A stretch of DNA of 38,927 nucleotides from a virus (Duplodnaviria > Caudoviricetes), in the IMG/VR virus record IMGVR_UViG_3300032216_001721, positions 1 to 38,927 of that record, one strand, 5' to 3'. Under the pieces are notes generated by a model. The model was not told the DNA's origin. It saw nothing but the letters and a program-made list of their open reading frames with translations, and searched no databases. Of this stretch, positions 18,851 to 27,785 are shown in pieces. Each line of letters starts with the position of its first letter. Position 1 is the stretch's first letter. The translations under genes were made by a program, and so were the position numbers.

Positions 18851-20548
18851 TTATTTACTTATTAAAAACTTACCCAAAACTAAATAATCCATATCACAAT
18901 TATGAAATGTCCAAATTGCTTTTTCTGGGTCATTTGTCATTGTATGGTCTTTTAAGTTGAATGAGGTATTCAATAGAATAGGGGTTCCTGTTAGTTTTTC
19001 AAACTCCTTTAATAAGTCATAGTAAAGTGGGTTATCTTCTCTTTTAAGTGTCTGTATCCTTGCAGAATTGTCAACATGGGTTACTGATGGAATGTTTACT
19101 TCACTTTTAACTTTGACAACCTGATTCATATATGGTACATCTTCATCGGATATAAAATATTTTTTATAATCTTCAATTGTAACCGTTGGAGCAAATGGTC
19201 TAAACATTTCTCTTTTTTTGACAACCTTATTAATTCTATCTCTAACATCAAGTAAATGAGGATTTGCTAATATAGAACGATTGCCCAACGCTCTTGCACC
19301 AAATTCAGTTCTACCTTGAAACCAACCCACAATATTACCTTCTTCAATTAATTTTGCAACTTTTTTGCATAACATTTCATTGTTATCAAATAGTACAACT
19401 TGTTTTCTATGGTTTTGTAATATAATTTTAAGTAATTCAGGATTACTCCACTTCTCACCTAAATACGGAGATTGGTTATCACCACCTTTTACTTTTGGAT
19501 TACCCATACCAATATGATATTGATACAAACATGCACCAATTGCAGAACCACTATCTGAAGGTGCAAATGGAATCCAAACATTCTTAATTGATGTGGATGT
19601 TTTAATTTTACCATTAGCAGTACCATTATATGCACAACCTCCACCTAATACTAAATTATCACAATTCCAAATATTTGTAATTCTATTGATAATAAAATAT
19701 AATGCACTCTCATACCATCTTTGTAATGAAGCAGCTAAATCTTTGTGGTGTTGTTCAATTGGTTCATCTTTAAATCTTGGCGGAAATCCAATTAAATCAA
19801 TAAGTTGTTGGTTAAACATATCATTGTCTGATGTTTCCCATGTAAAGTAAGACATGTCCATCTTTACAATGTCAAAATCATCACCTACATTGGATATTTT
19901 ATCAAATACATTATTATATTTTTGTCTATCACCATAAGGTGCTAATCCCATCACTTTGTATTCACCTTCGTTTGGTTTAAATCCTAAATAAGCAGTAAAT
20001 GCTGAATAAACTAAACCCAATGAGTGCGGAAATTGTAATGTTTGTATTGTATGGAAGCCGGTCTCATCACACATTGCAGAGTATACAGTATTAAATTCAC
20101 CTACTCCATCAATTGATAAACCTATTGCTTTATCAAATGGTGATGTATAATATGAAAATGCTAAATGTGAACAATGATGTGGTGTATATGTAATAATACC
20201 ATTATATCCAATTGATTCTAATATTTGTTTTAAATTCCCTTCATTTTCTTTCCAACTTTTTAAAAACTTTTTCCATTTTGTGGGGTATCTAAAACCATAC
20301 CATTTACCAATTGTTTTTTTAACTCTATCAAATTTTAAATCTGGGTTTTCATACCAACAAACCATATCAATTTTATCAATTGTTATTTTTGTGTATTCTA
20401 AACACCATTGAATTGCTTTAAACGGAAAAGAGCTATCATGCTTTTCGCCGGATAGTTTCTCTTCTTCAATTGCACATATAACTTTACCATCTATAACCAA
20501 TGTTGCTGCAGAATCATGGTAAAATGCTGATAGACCTAATTGTATCAT
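18851..20548 (-). CDS. Carbamoyltransferase (NodU/CmcH/TobZ family)
   Basis: HDSAA, AIEEEK, HHCSH, IDGVGE, EYKVMGLAPYG, GWFQGRTEFGARALGNRSILA, REMFRPFAP, HVDNSARIQT, LLNTSFN. Confidence 0.95.
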   Translation of the reverse strand: MIQLGLSAFYHDSAATLVIDGKVICAIEEEKLSGEKHDSSFPFKAIQWCLEYTKITIDKIDMVCWYENPDLKFDRVKKTIGKWYGFRYPTKWKKFLKSWKENEGNLKQILESIGYNGIITYTPHHCSHLAFSYYTSPFDKAIGLSIDGVGEFNTVYSAMCDETGFHTIQTLQFPHSLGLVYSAFTAYLGFKPNEGEYKVMGLAPYGDRQKYNNVFDKISNVGDDFDIVKMDMSYFTWETSDNDMFNQQLIDLIGFPPRFKDEPIEQHHKDLAASLQRWYESALYFIINRITNIWNCDNLVLGGGCAYNGTANGKIKTSTSIKNVWIPFAPSDSGSAIGACLYQYHIGMGNPKVKGGDNQSPYLGEKWSNPELLKIILQNHRKQVVLFDNNEMLCKKVAKLIEEGNIVGWFQGRTEFGARALGNRSILANPHLLDVRDRINKVVKKREMFRPFAPTVTIEDYKKYFISDEDVPYMNQVVKVKSEVNIPSVTHVDNSARIQTLKREDNPLYYDLLKEFEKLTGTPILLNTSFNLKDHTMTNDPEKAIWTFHNCDMDYLVLGKFLISK

Positions 20549-20550
20549 AT

Positions 20551-21249
20551 TTAAATTTTTATATCACCCACCCTATCAAATTCATTGTACAACGCCATTT
20601 GTTTTTCTTTCATTTTATTAACAACTTTAGTTATATAATGTGTAGGATGGCCTGTCATTTCTCTAATAAGTAGATATAGTGATTTTTTATTAAAATTTTC
20701 TATATAATTTGCTCTTCTAAATAATTCCAATACCGAATCTGCAATTTGCATATCTCTTTTCTTTGGAAAATGATTTTCTAAATGTTTATCCCAATATTCT
20801 AACATTCTAATATTAAATGTTCTATGTTCATCGTTTCTTTCTTCTTCTCTAAAATTATTTTCAGTATCAAACGAATCAGGAAGGCCGGACATTACATCTG
20901 TATCTTTATATCTTTTATAATTTGCATTGTTATTTAAAATAAGATAGTTTCTTGCAACAATTGTAAAATAACTAAATGCTTTACCTTTACCGACTTTATA
21001 CATATGAATTTTTTCAATCATAAATGCAACAACCTCTGCCATTACATCTTTTGGGTCATCATCAAAATAAGTAAATTTCCATTTATTATAAACTATTTCT
21101 GCAAGTTTTTCAAATGCAGTTGCAATTCTTTCTCTATATAATTTATCTTTAATATATTGGTCATTGGTTAAATTGTACTCAATGATTGCATCTTCAGTAT
21201 CTTTTGGAAAATATTGTCTGTTTGGGCCTCTTTTTTTTCTAACTGGCAT
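20551..21249 (-). CDS. Phage sigma factor, T4 gp55 (late sigma)-like
   Basis: KAFSYFTIVARNYLI resembles the gp55 region-2 pattern F[AS]YFT. Start set to MPVRKK (21249) to minimise overlap; the ORF track extends to 21273. Confidence 0.7.
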   Translation of the reverse strand: MPVRKKRGPNRQYFPKDTEDAIIEYNLTNDQYIKDKLYRERIATAFEKLAEIVYNKWKFTYFDDDPKDVMAEVVAFMIEKIHMYKVGKGKAFSYFTIVARNYLILNNNANYKRYKDTDVMSGLPDSFDTENNFREEERNDEHRTFNIRMLEYWDKHLENHFPKKRDMQIADSVLELFRRANYIENFNKKSLYLLIREMTGHPTHYITKVVNKMKEKQMALYNEFDRVGDIKI

Positions 21250-21505
21250 TTTGTATTGATTTGAATTTTTCAATAGTTTCTTTAATTTGATAAAATATAG
21301 AACCTACTTCATCATCCTTCTCAAACATTTGACGACTATCAATTAGTCTTAATGCTTCCAGTAATGCTTCGTTTCTTTCAATTTCCGTTTGAATATAATA
21401 TTCATTTTCTTCAATTATATCTTCATATTTTTCCAACTTTTTTAATAAATTAAAAATTGAATATGACATTGTTATAATTAATATTATTAGTAGTGTGTAT
21501 AACAT
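21239..21505 (-). CDS. Small membrane-anchored coiled-coil protein
   Basis: Hydrophobic N-terminus; C-terminal FEKDDEVGSIF. Confidence 0.65.
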   Translation of the reverse strand: MLYTLLIILIITMSYSIFNLLKKLEKYEDIIEENEYYIQTEIERNEALLEALRLIDSRQMFEKDDEVGSIFYQIKETIEKFKSIQNAS

Positions 21506-21508
21506 ATA

Positions 21509-22156
21509 TTAAACTATTTCGTATCCTTGTAAAAAATATTTGTTTGCATTTTTGAATTTAACTTCAACTAATTCACCTTCTTTTGATTTCATTACAATTT
21601 TTTCATTTCTTCCAAAATCTACTTTTTTTACAATTTGTGTATTGTAAACTCTATCTTTAATTGTAATACCATCTAAGTGGTCAATCTCATGTTGAACTAT
21701 AACCGTCATCATGGTTTCTTTTGAAACGGATTCATTTGCTTTATCACCTTCTGGATTAATTTCAAATGTTAATTCACCTAAATTATCCGTATCAATTATA
21801 ACTTTAGAAGCTCTAATTGTTCTAATTGGCTTTGTAAGTGTAGATGGTATTGAAAGGCATCCTTCCATAAAAAGAAATCCATCTTTAGACCTATCTTTAA
21901 TAAAAGGATTCAATAAAAATAATTCAGTAGTATTTTCACCTTCTCCAAATTTAATTAAACATGCTCTCTTTTTAATTCCTAATTGTGTAGCTGAAATACC
22001 TATACCTGGATATTTTTCTAGTCCTTCTTCCAATTGTTTTCTTAACTCATCTGCTTCTTGTTGAGTTATTTCTGTTTTTAATATAGGAGTTTTTAGATAC
22101 TCCGTAAATTCTTTTGTTCTTAATCCATTAGAACCTTTGTCAACTATTAATTTCAT
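21509..22156 (-). CDS. def: Peptide deformylase
   Basis: All three PDF motifs present: GIGISATQLG, EGCLS and QHEIDHLDG. About 40-aa C-terminal extension. Confidence 0.95.
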   Translation of the reverse strand: MKLIVDKGSNGLRTKEFTEYLKTPILKTEITQQEADELRKQLEEGLEKYPGIGISATQLGIKKRACLIKFGEGENTTELFLLNPFIKDRSKDGFLFMEGCLSIPSTLTKPIRTIRASKVIIDTDNLGELTFEINPEGDKANESVSKETMMTVIVQHEIDHLDGITIKDRVYNTQIVKKVDFGRNEKIVMKSKEGELVEVKFKNANKYFLQGYEIV

Positions 22157-22159
22157 ATT

Positions 22160-22369
22160 TTATTTTTTTAATCCGTACTTAATCCATTTATACCAAACTC
22201 TTTCATGTAGATAATACTGAATAGGTTTGTATATCAATTCTGCTACCCCAAATGCTGCTCCTACTTTAATTGAACCACTTATCAACCACATTAATAAAAA
22301 CCCAACTAAGGTACTTATAATGCGATATGAGATAGTTTTTGCAATATGTCTCTTTCTTTCTACTTGCAT
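22160..22369 (-). CDS. DUF2061-like small membrane protein
   Basis: RHIAKTISYRIIST...YYLHERVW pattern. Confidence 0.8.
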   Translation of the reverse strand: MQVERKRHIAKTISYRIISTLVGFLLMWLISGSIKVGAAFGVAELIYKPIQYYLHERVWYKWIKYGLKK

Positions 22370-22746
22370 TATTTATCCATTCTATAAATTACCTTATCAC
22401 CATTTGAGTCAATATATTTATTTCTAATTGCAGTCCCACTAATTTTTTCGATTTCTTTTGGTGGTTCGTGATAGATAACCTCATATCCCACTCCTCTACC
22501 ATAATTTACACTTTCAATATCTGGAATAATTGATAATAAAACTTTATCAAAATTATTTGTAAAAAATGGTTCGTTTGATAATTCTTTTAAAACTTCTTGT
22601 GCTGATTTTGGGTTATTTTCATCTTGTGGAACATCTCTAATTGCTACCCAACAATTCTTTCCTTTTTCTAATTGTTGATTTATTAACCATTCATGTCCTT
22701 TGTGCCACGTTTGCCATCTTCCAATGAATAATGCATATTTTTTCAT
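22369..22746 (-). CDS. Cytidylyltransferase-like (HxGH) nucleotidyltransferase
   Basis: FIGRWQTWHKGH and ISGTAIR motifs. Start moved to MKKYALF (22746) because the track's TTG start lies inside the promoter. Confidence 0.8.
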   Translation of the reverse strand: MKKYALFIGRWQTWHKGHEWLINQQLEKGKNCWVAIRDVPQDENNPKSAQEVLKELSNEPFFTNNFDKVLLSIIPDIESVNYGRGVGYEVIYHEPPKEIEKISGTAIRNKYIDSNGDKVIYRMDK

Positions 22747-22767
22747 ACTAATTTGTTTATTATTTAC

Positions 22768-22797
22768 AATATACAAAATATATTCTAAATTACCAAA
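22768..22797 (-). promoter_or_regulatory. Bacteroidota sigma70-type promoter
   Basis: TTTG-gtaatttagaatatatttt-GTATATT(gt). Confidence 0.75.
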
Positions 22798-22803
22798 TTT
22801 TTA

Positions 22804-23880
22804 TTAAACTTTTGTATTTTTATATTGCATCCAGTATTTTATTGCATCCTGGTCTTTTATCCATTGATTTTTATCACTCCAATCAAACTCTGGATGTTCA
22901 TAATATTTTGATATATACTCTGTACTTGCTATATCTATGGGTTTTTGTTCCTGTGGTAAGTTTTCACCATCACGTCCGTAGATTTCATAAAAATTTTTTA
23001 CTACATCACTGGTTTTATTATTATCTCCGTAAATTTCATAATTTTTTTCCATCAAGTCATCTAACTCTCCTGCATCGTATTTAAAATTATCATATAAACC
23101 CAATTTTTGGTCATATTCTACCATTTCACCCAAAAGTCTTCTTTGTTTTTGTTTTTTAGTTTCAATTAATCCGTTAAATGCAATAATAAGTGCTACGGCT
23201 AATGGGTCAAATACTATTACAATCAAAAATATGAAGAATTTTACTACTTTTTTTAATTCTACACCAAAAACTTCTGCAACAAATCTAAATCCACCCACTT
23301 CTTTCTCCAAATCTAAGTTTTTTATCTTAATTTTGTTAATTTCATCATTATTTTTAGCATTTTGGTCTTGCAAATCACTAATTTTTTTATTAATTTGTGA
23401 ACTTTGCTTATCTTTACTATCAATTGAGCGTAAAAGTCGGTTATTTACTTTACCTTTGTCTAAAATTGTTGATTGAGTTGACGATAATTGTCCTAATTGT
23501 GTATTTAATTGACTAATTTGAGCTGTATTTTGGTCTATTTTTGTAGTATAAACTGTAATTTCTCTATCTACCTGTTGTAATTTAAGGTTTTGTTGTTGAA
23601 ATGCATTAGAAAGATATCCAAATATACCTGCAGATGTAATTATCATTAATAATCCTACTGCTGACACCAAATACCACTTATTAAACCCTTTAATCTCATC
23701 CCATTTTTGTTTTAAATAAGTTGCTGCTACTAATTTTGCAAATTCTAATGAGCCCGCCATTACCATCACAGATACTGCCGCACCACTAAATAGTACCCCT
23801 AACCCTGTTACGGAGAAAAAAGCTGCACATCCGGCGATAATTAGTGCAGAAAATCCGACTAACCATTTAAGCCAATTCAT
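22804..23880 (-). CDS. Membrane protein with a long coiled coil
   Basis: Three N-terminal hydrophobic segments, a Gln/Lys coiled coil, then another hydrophobic segment (IVIVFDPLAVALIIA). Confidence 0.7.
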   Translation of the reverse strand: MNWLKWLVGFSALIIAGCAAFFSVTGLGVLFSGAAVSVMVMAGSLEFAKLVAATYLKQKWDEIKGFNKWYLVSAVGLLMIITSAGIFGYLSNAFQQQNLKLQQVDREITVYTTKIDQNTAQISQLNTQLGQLSSTQSTILDKGKVNNRLLRSIDSKDKQSSQINKKISDLQDQNAKNNDEINKIKIKNLDLEKEVGGFRFVAEVFGVELKKVVKFFIFLIVIVFDPLAVALIIAFNGLIETKKQKQRRLLGEMVEYDQKLGLYDNFKYDAGELDDLMEKNYEIYGDNNKTSDVVKNFYEIYGRDGENLPQEQKPIDIASTEYISKYYEHPEFDWSDKNQWIKDQDAIKYWMQYKNTKV

Positions 23881-23881
23881 C

Positions 23882-24058
23882 TTATCTATTGATTCTATTT
23901 AGTTCTGCAATACGCTCTACTATTTTTCTAGCGTCTTCTAATGTTATGTTTGCTTCTGATGGTGATATTTGATTTGCACCATTAACTGCGTTTTGTAAAA
24001 TCCTTAACTTACCGTCTAAAGATTCCAATAACATTTCTATTTTTTCGTTGTATATCAT
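23882..24058 (-). CDS. Hypothetical protein (58 aa), not in the ORF track
   Basis: MIYNEKIEMLLESLDGKLRILQNAVNGANQISPSEANITLEDARKIVERIAELNRINR fills the gap exactly; ATATTTATA 3 nt upstream. Confidence 0.75.
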   Translation of the reverse strand: MIYNEKIEMLLESLDGKLRILQNAVNGANQISPSEANITLEDARKIVERIAELNRINR

Positions 24059-24061
24059 GTT

Positions 24062-24070
24062 TATAAATAT
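24062..24070 (-). promoter_or_regulatory. Putative late promoter ATATTTATA
   Basis: Between the terminator and the ATG at 24058. Confidence 0.55.
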
Positions 24071-24079
24071 TTAATAAAT

Positions 24080-24114
24080 AAAAAAAAGGTAGAAGTGACT
24101 AAACTCCTACCTTT
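24080..24114 (-). terminator. Intrinsic terminator after hsp20
   Basis: Minus strand AAAGGTAGGAGT-ttagtc-ACTTCTACCTTT followed by a T run. Confidence 0.85.
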
Positions 24115-24116
24115 GT

Positions 24117-24146
24117 AATATACGAAAAATAACTGAATTAACCAAC
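24117..24146 (-). promoter_or_regulatory. Bacteroidota sigma70-type promoter (GTTG variant)
   Basis: GTTG-gttaattcagttatttttc-GTATATT(ac); overlaps the hsp20 stop. Confidence 0.6.
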
Positions 24147-24542
24147 TTTAGGGGTTAATTTTTTTGGTTTGGACTCTTCTTTTCTTTCGATGGTAATTAA
24201 TAGAATACCATTCTTAATTTCAGCTTTTGCTTTTCTACCATCGAAGTTTTTACCTACTTGTACTCTTTCTTCAATGTCCGAAATCAATTGATTAAAAGGA
24301 TTTTCTTTATCCTCTTGTGTCTTTTTTGCATTAATTTCAATTTTGTCCTCAAAGCAATTAATCTCAATATCATCTGGATTGTGTCCTAATACCGATAGTG
24401 CCATTGTTGCAGAATCTTCTTTTAAATCTACTGCAAATTTGTTTGGAACATAAGTTGTTGTTTTACGACTTGTTACCCAATTTTGGCTATAATCGTGTTG
24501 AAACCAATCGTTTAGTAAACTGTCTAATTCATTAATAATCAT
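24138..24542 (-). CDS. Small heat shock protein (Hsp20/alpha-crystallin)
   Basis: LSVLGHNPDDIEI and KAEIKNGILLITIERKEESKPKKL motifs; 134 aa. Confidence 0.85.
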   Translation of the reverse strand: MIINELDSLLNDWFQHDYSQNWVTSRKTTTYVPNKFAVDLKEDSATMALSVLGHNPDDIEINCFEDKIEINAKKTQEDKENPFNQLISDIEERVQVGKNFDGRKAKAEIKNGILLITIERKEESKPKKLTPKVG

Positions 24543-24579
24543 AATATAAATGTTTTTTTGTTAATAATACTCTATATAG

Positions 24580-24595
24580 TTCAAATACTATACCA
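24580..24595 (-). promoter_or_regulatory. Putative sigma54-type (-24/-12) promoter of hsp20
   Basis: Minus strand TGGTATAGTATTTGAA versus consensus TGGCACGNNNNTTGCW, with exact GG-to-TTG spacing. Confidence 0.5.
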
Positions 24596-24662
24596 TCCCT
24601 AATTTTGTTACAAAGTTATGACAAAACTACCTTAACTTTATTACAAATAGGAAATTGTGTCA

Positions 24663-25310
24663 TTAAATTATGTTATCTTGTCTTTCAATGATTGTAGACA
24701 TATGGTCTGCCCAATGCATAATAAATTGTAACTTATAAACTAATTGTTTCTTTAAGTCGTGACCTGCTAAATACTTTTGATTATCTTCGTCATACATACC
24801 ATCGGTAAGTTTGATTGCAAAATACTCTTTCTCATTATACTGAATACCATAATGGTTCAATGTAAAGAAAGTTCTATCAGTTAAAGTCATATATGGGATA
24901 TTCTCATTACGAACAAATAAAGTTCCGTATTTCTTTTGAGACCATTCTTCTTGATTGGGTAAATAATGTAATTCACCCTTAACACCCAATTTTCCTAAAT
25001 CGTGATGTAGACAACTAAATATTAATTCCTCTTCGGTGAAGTCTATCTCCCCACCTTGCGTTACGAACAGTTCTCTCATTTTGAGAGCATTCTTACATAC
25101 ATTAAAGATGTGGTCTATATACCCACCTATATATGCGTTATGATAGTGTTTTGAGCCAGATGCGGCTGATAGTGTAAGGTTAATTCCTAATTCTTCTTCG
25201 GAATACATACGGAGTAATTTACTCAATCTTTCCCCTGCAAAGTATTTTTTAATAATTCCGATAAATCTATCGTAGTTTGCTTTTAATTCTTGTTCTGTCT
25301 TTTGTTTCAT
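24663..25310 (-). CDS. HD-domain phosphohydrolase
   Basis: HNAYIGGYIDH...LHHDLGK...WADH. Confidence 0.85.
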   Translation of the reverse strand: MKQKTEQELKANYDRFIGIIKKYFAGERLSKLLRMYSEEELGINLTLSAASGSKHYHNAYIGGYIDHIFNVCKNALKMRELFVTQGGEIDFTEEELIFSCLHHDLGKLGVKGELHYLPNQEEWSQKKYGTLFVRNENIPYMTLTDRTFFTLNHYGIQYNEKEYFAIKLTDGMYDEDNQKYLAGHDLKKQLVYKLQFIMHWADHMSTIIERQDNII

Positions 25311-25340
25311 AATTTAGAGTTTAATTGTTTATAATACTCT

Positions 25341-25370
25341 AATATACAAAAAATAATTTAATTTTCCAAA
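25341..25370 (-). promoter_or_regulatory. Bacteroidota sigma70-type promoter
   Basis: TTTG-gaaaattaaattatttttt-GTATATT(ag). Confidence 0.75.
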
Positions 25371-25371
25371 T

Positions 25372-26217
25372 TTATATTATATTAGTTTTTCTCTCTATCA
25401 TATATTTTTTTATATCATATATTGGTTCTTGTGTATTTGCATATTTATTATATAAATTCATATCATATAATTTTAAAAAATCTTTGTATATACCATGTTG
25501 TACCTGTGTAGTGTGATGTAATAAATCTCTTGCTTGCAAAGAACCATCATCTCTACCATGCCATCCAGCATCTCCTTCAATTAAATAATAATTTACACCA
25601 ATTGCATTTGCCAACGCTTTTATAGCGGATGTATAACTAATCCAATTAAATTCCATTTGCTCATCCGTTAATAATGATTCGGGCATTAAACTACCAAATT
25701 TTGACCACCAATTTTGATTATAATCTGCTATGATGTAATATTGTGGTCTTCCATTTTCTATAAATTCATAACGGGGATACATTGGTGCAAAATGAAAAAT
25801 ATTTTTAATTTTAAGTTCTTTGTAATATGCCAATAACAATCTAAAATGAGTTGCTACACCTGTACCACCTATTCCTAAATTCCAAAATTTTCCACCAATA
25901 ACATTATTTAATTTATAACTCCACGTATTTTCCAAATGATGTCCAATACCGAATGTGTGTGAACAACCTAAAAAAACATTACCCTCATCTTCCGAATTAA
26001 AATCATCAGGCGTTCTAAATCCTTCATTATTTAATTTATATTCTATTGGATTTTGTACATAATACTGAACACTAAAATTATCGGAATTATGTTTTAATAT
26101 ATCTTTCCATACCGTCTCAGAATCCGTTTCCATAAATTTATATGAATTGTTTGGCATAAAACCATAATCATCTAAATCGTTTCTATGTTTTAATGTTTTA
26201 TCCGTTAGGTATTTCAT
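25372..26217 (-). CDS. SGNH/GDSL-like hydrolase or acyltransferase
   Basis: NNEGFR, VFLGCSHTFG (block I, GCS variant), NLGIGGTG (block II), RDLLH (DxxH). Confidence 0.65.
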   Translation of the reverse strand: MKYLTDKTLKHRNDLDDYGFMPNNSYKFMETDSETVWKDILKHNSDNFSVQYYVQNPIEYKLNNEGFRTPDDFNSEDEGNVFLGCSHTFGIGHHLENTWSYKLNNVIGGKFWNLGIGGTGVATHFRLLLAYYKELKIKNIFHFAPMYPRYEFIENGRPQYYIIADYNQNWWSKFGSLMPESLLTDEQMEFNWISYTSAIKALANAIGVNYYLIEGDAGWHGRDDGSLQARDLLHHTTQVQHGIYKDFLKLYDMNLYNKYANTQEPIYDIKKYMIERKTNII

Positions 26218-26867
26218 TATATTATATTATTTTTCATATTATAAAAATCTTTCAATCTAAATTCATTTTCATCTGGATAATTTGATAAAATATTTTTAAT
26301 TAAATTTGTATTAATTAATAATTCATAAATATATTTAAAATAAATACTATTTGGTTTTTCATTTTTAGGGCCTTGTATTTGATGTACAATTCCTCTATTA
26401 TCTATAACCATAACAATATGAGTATAATTAAAATTATCTTTATTTTCTCTTAATTCTAAAGAATAATGATTAATTGGTATTCTACCACAATTATCCAATC
26501 TTACAATCATTTCTGCAGAATATAAATTTGAATTTTTTATCCAATAAAAACCATTTTTACAATCTAATATTATTTCATTAGTTTCTATATAATTTTGATT
26601 ATTATAATTTTGTTTATAGTTTAAAAACCATTCTTCCCATAGTATTTCAAACTCACTAATTGTGTAATTATTTATAATATTATAATTTGAATTTTCAACA
26701 TTATCTATGTAATTAATAATTTTATAAATATATTCTTTAATACTTGCATCTGAACGATTTCTTATATTTGGTATTTCTTTTTCTAATTTTTGCAATAAAA
26801 TTTCTCCATAGTGTTTACCTATTAAAGAAATTGTTAAATGTAATTGTTTTACTCTAGAAGAACTCAT
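26217..26867 (-). CDS. Hypothetical protein, PcfJ-like C-terminal region
   Basis: LDNCG...LELRE...HQIQGPKNEKP resembles PcfJ-like motifs. Confidence 0.4.
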   Translation of the reverse strand: MSSSRVKQLHLTISLIGKHYGEILLQKLEKEIPNIRNRSDASIKEYIYKIINYIDNVENSNYNIINNYTISEFEILWEEWFLNYKQNYNNQNYIETNEIILDCKNGFYWIKNSNLYSAEMIVRLDNCGRIPINHYSLELRENKDNFNYTHIVMVIDNRGIVHQIQGPKNEKPNSIYFKYIYELLINTNLIKNILSNYPDENEFRLKDFYNMKNNII

Positions 26868-27268
26868 TATATAATTGTTTTATTACCATCATATATAAAT
26901 TGTGTAAATAATTCTTCATTACATTTTATATCACATAATGCTTCTCCTGTTTGTGCATTTATGTTACCAATTCCATAATTATTATAATTCATAAAACAAT
27001 AAGGAATTGCAAATATAAAATAACAACCATTTCTTAATCTAATTTCATTTTTGTTAGAAAACATATCAATTAAATATAATTGTTGTAATATAGATAATTG
27101 TTTAAATTCTTCATTTGTTATTTTATATATTCCCGTTTCACCCAACCATTGTTGAAATACAAATTCACCTTTTTTTATATCTTTAATTGCAAACACACCA
27201 ACACCATGTGTAGAACTTGGTTTTATTCTTGTTACAACGTAATTTTTAATATATTCAAATGGAGACAT
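26867..27268 (-). CDS. SET-domain protein (methyltransferase-like, altered motifs)
   Basis: IKPSSTHGVGVFAIKDIKKGE, FMNY (canonical NH), ALCDIKCNEELFTQF (canonical ELxxDY). Confidence 0.8.
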   Translation of the reverse strand: MSPFEYIKNYVVTRIKPSSTHGVGVFAIKDIKKGEFVFQQWLGETGIYKITNEEFKQLSILQQLYLIDMFSNKNEIRLRNGCYFIFAIPYCFMNYNNYGIGNINAQTGEALCDIKCNEELFTQFIYDGNKTII

Positions 27269-27735
27269 TATAATAGTTTATTAAAATTTAAATCACCTTT
27301 TTCAAAAAATCCCACTAACGCATATCTTTGACCTGATATTACTTTATTAATTCCATGTGGGTTGTGTCCTTCAAAAAAATATATAGCTCCTTGTTTTTTT
27401 GGAATATTGTAATTAGAATTTAAAACATATAATTCACCACCTATATAATCATCGTTTAAACAAACACCTACATTAAAATATTCACTAACATCAATATGTG
27501 TCTCAAACTCACTACCCTCTTTAACACTTTGTAAGAACAGCATATTTAGTTCTTTGTTTATTTTAACAATACCTTTAACATATTTAAATATCTTCTCAAA
27601 TATCCATTCTGTGTCACTATTGCGATGAATATACCACACATAATACTCTGATTTAGAATAATACGGATTTGATAGTATACCTTCTTCTATTTTTGTAAAT
27701 TCTAATATTTTTTCACATTCTTCTTTTGTAAACAT
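27268..27735 (-). CDS. 2OG-Fe(II) oxygenase (prolyl-hydroxylase/PKHD-like)
   Basis: HID...YIGGEL...HGINKVISGQRYALV. Confidence 0.85.
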   Translation of the reverse strand: MFTKEECEKILEFTKIEEGILSNPYYSKSEYYVWYIHRNSDTEWIFEKIFKYVKGIVKINKELNMLFLQSVKEGSEFETHIDVSEYFNVGVCLNDDYIGGELYVLNSNYNIPKKQGAIYFFEGHNPHGINKVISGQRYALVGFFEKGDLNFNKLL

Positions 27736-27783
27736 TATAATAATTTATTAGGTTCCTAATAATTTAAAATTAAAATCTTCCAT
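27735..27783 (-). pseudogene. Possible collapsed gene remnant
   Basis: ATG-initiated MEDFNFKLLGT* in one frame and EPNKLL*, overlapping the next ATG, in another. Confidence 0.35.
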
Positions 27784-27785
27784 AA

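Noticed and set aside
22747-22776. Extended TTG/GTG starts given by the ORF track (also 32623 and 37532)
   Set aside because: The extensions overlap the promoter motifs; downstream ATGs fit better.
21509-24542. Peptide deformylase and Hsp20 as novel phage genes
   Set aside because: Both are already well known in large aquatic phages; only the hsp20 promoter context is flagged.
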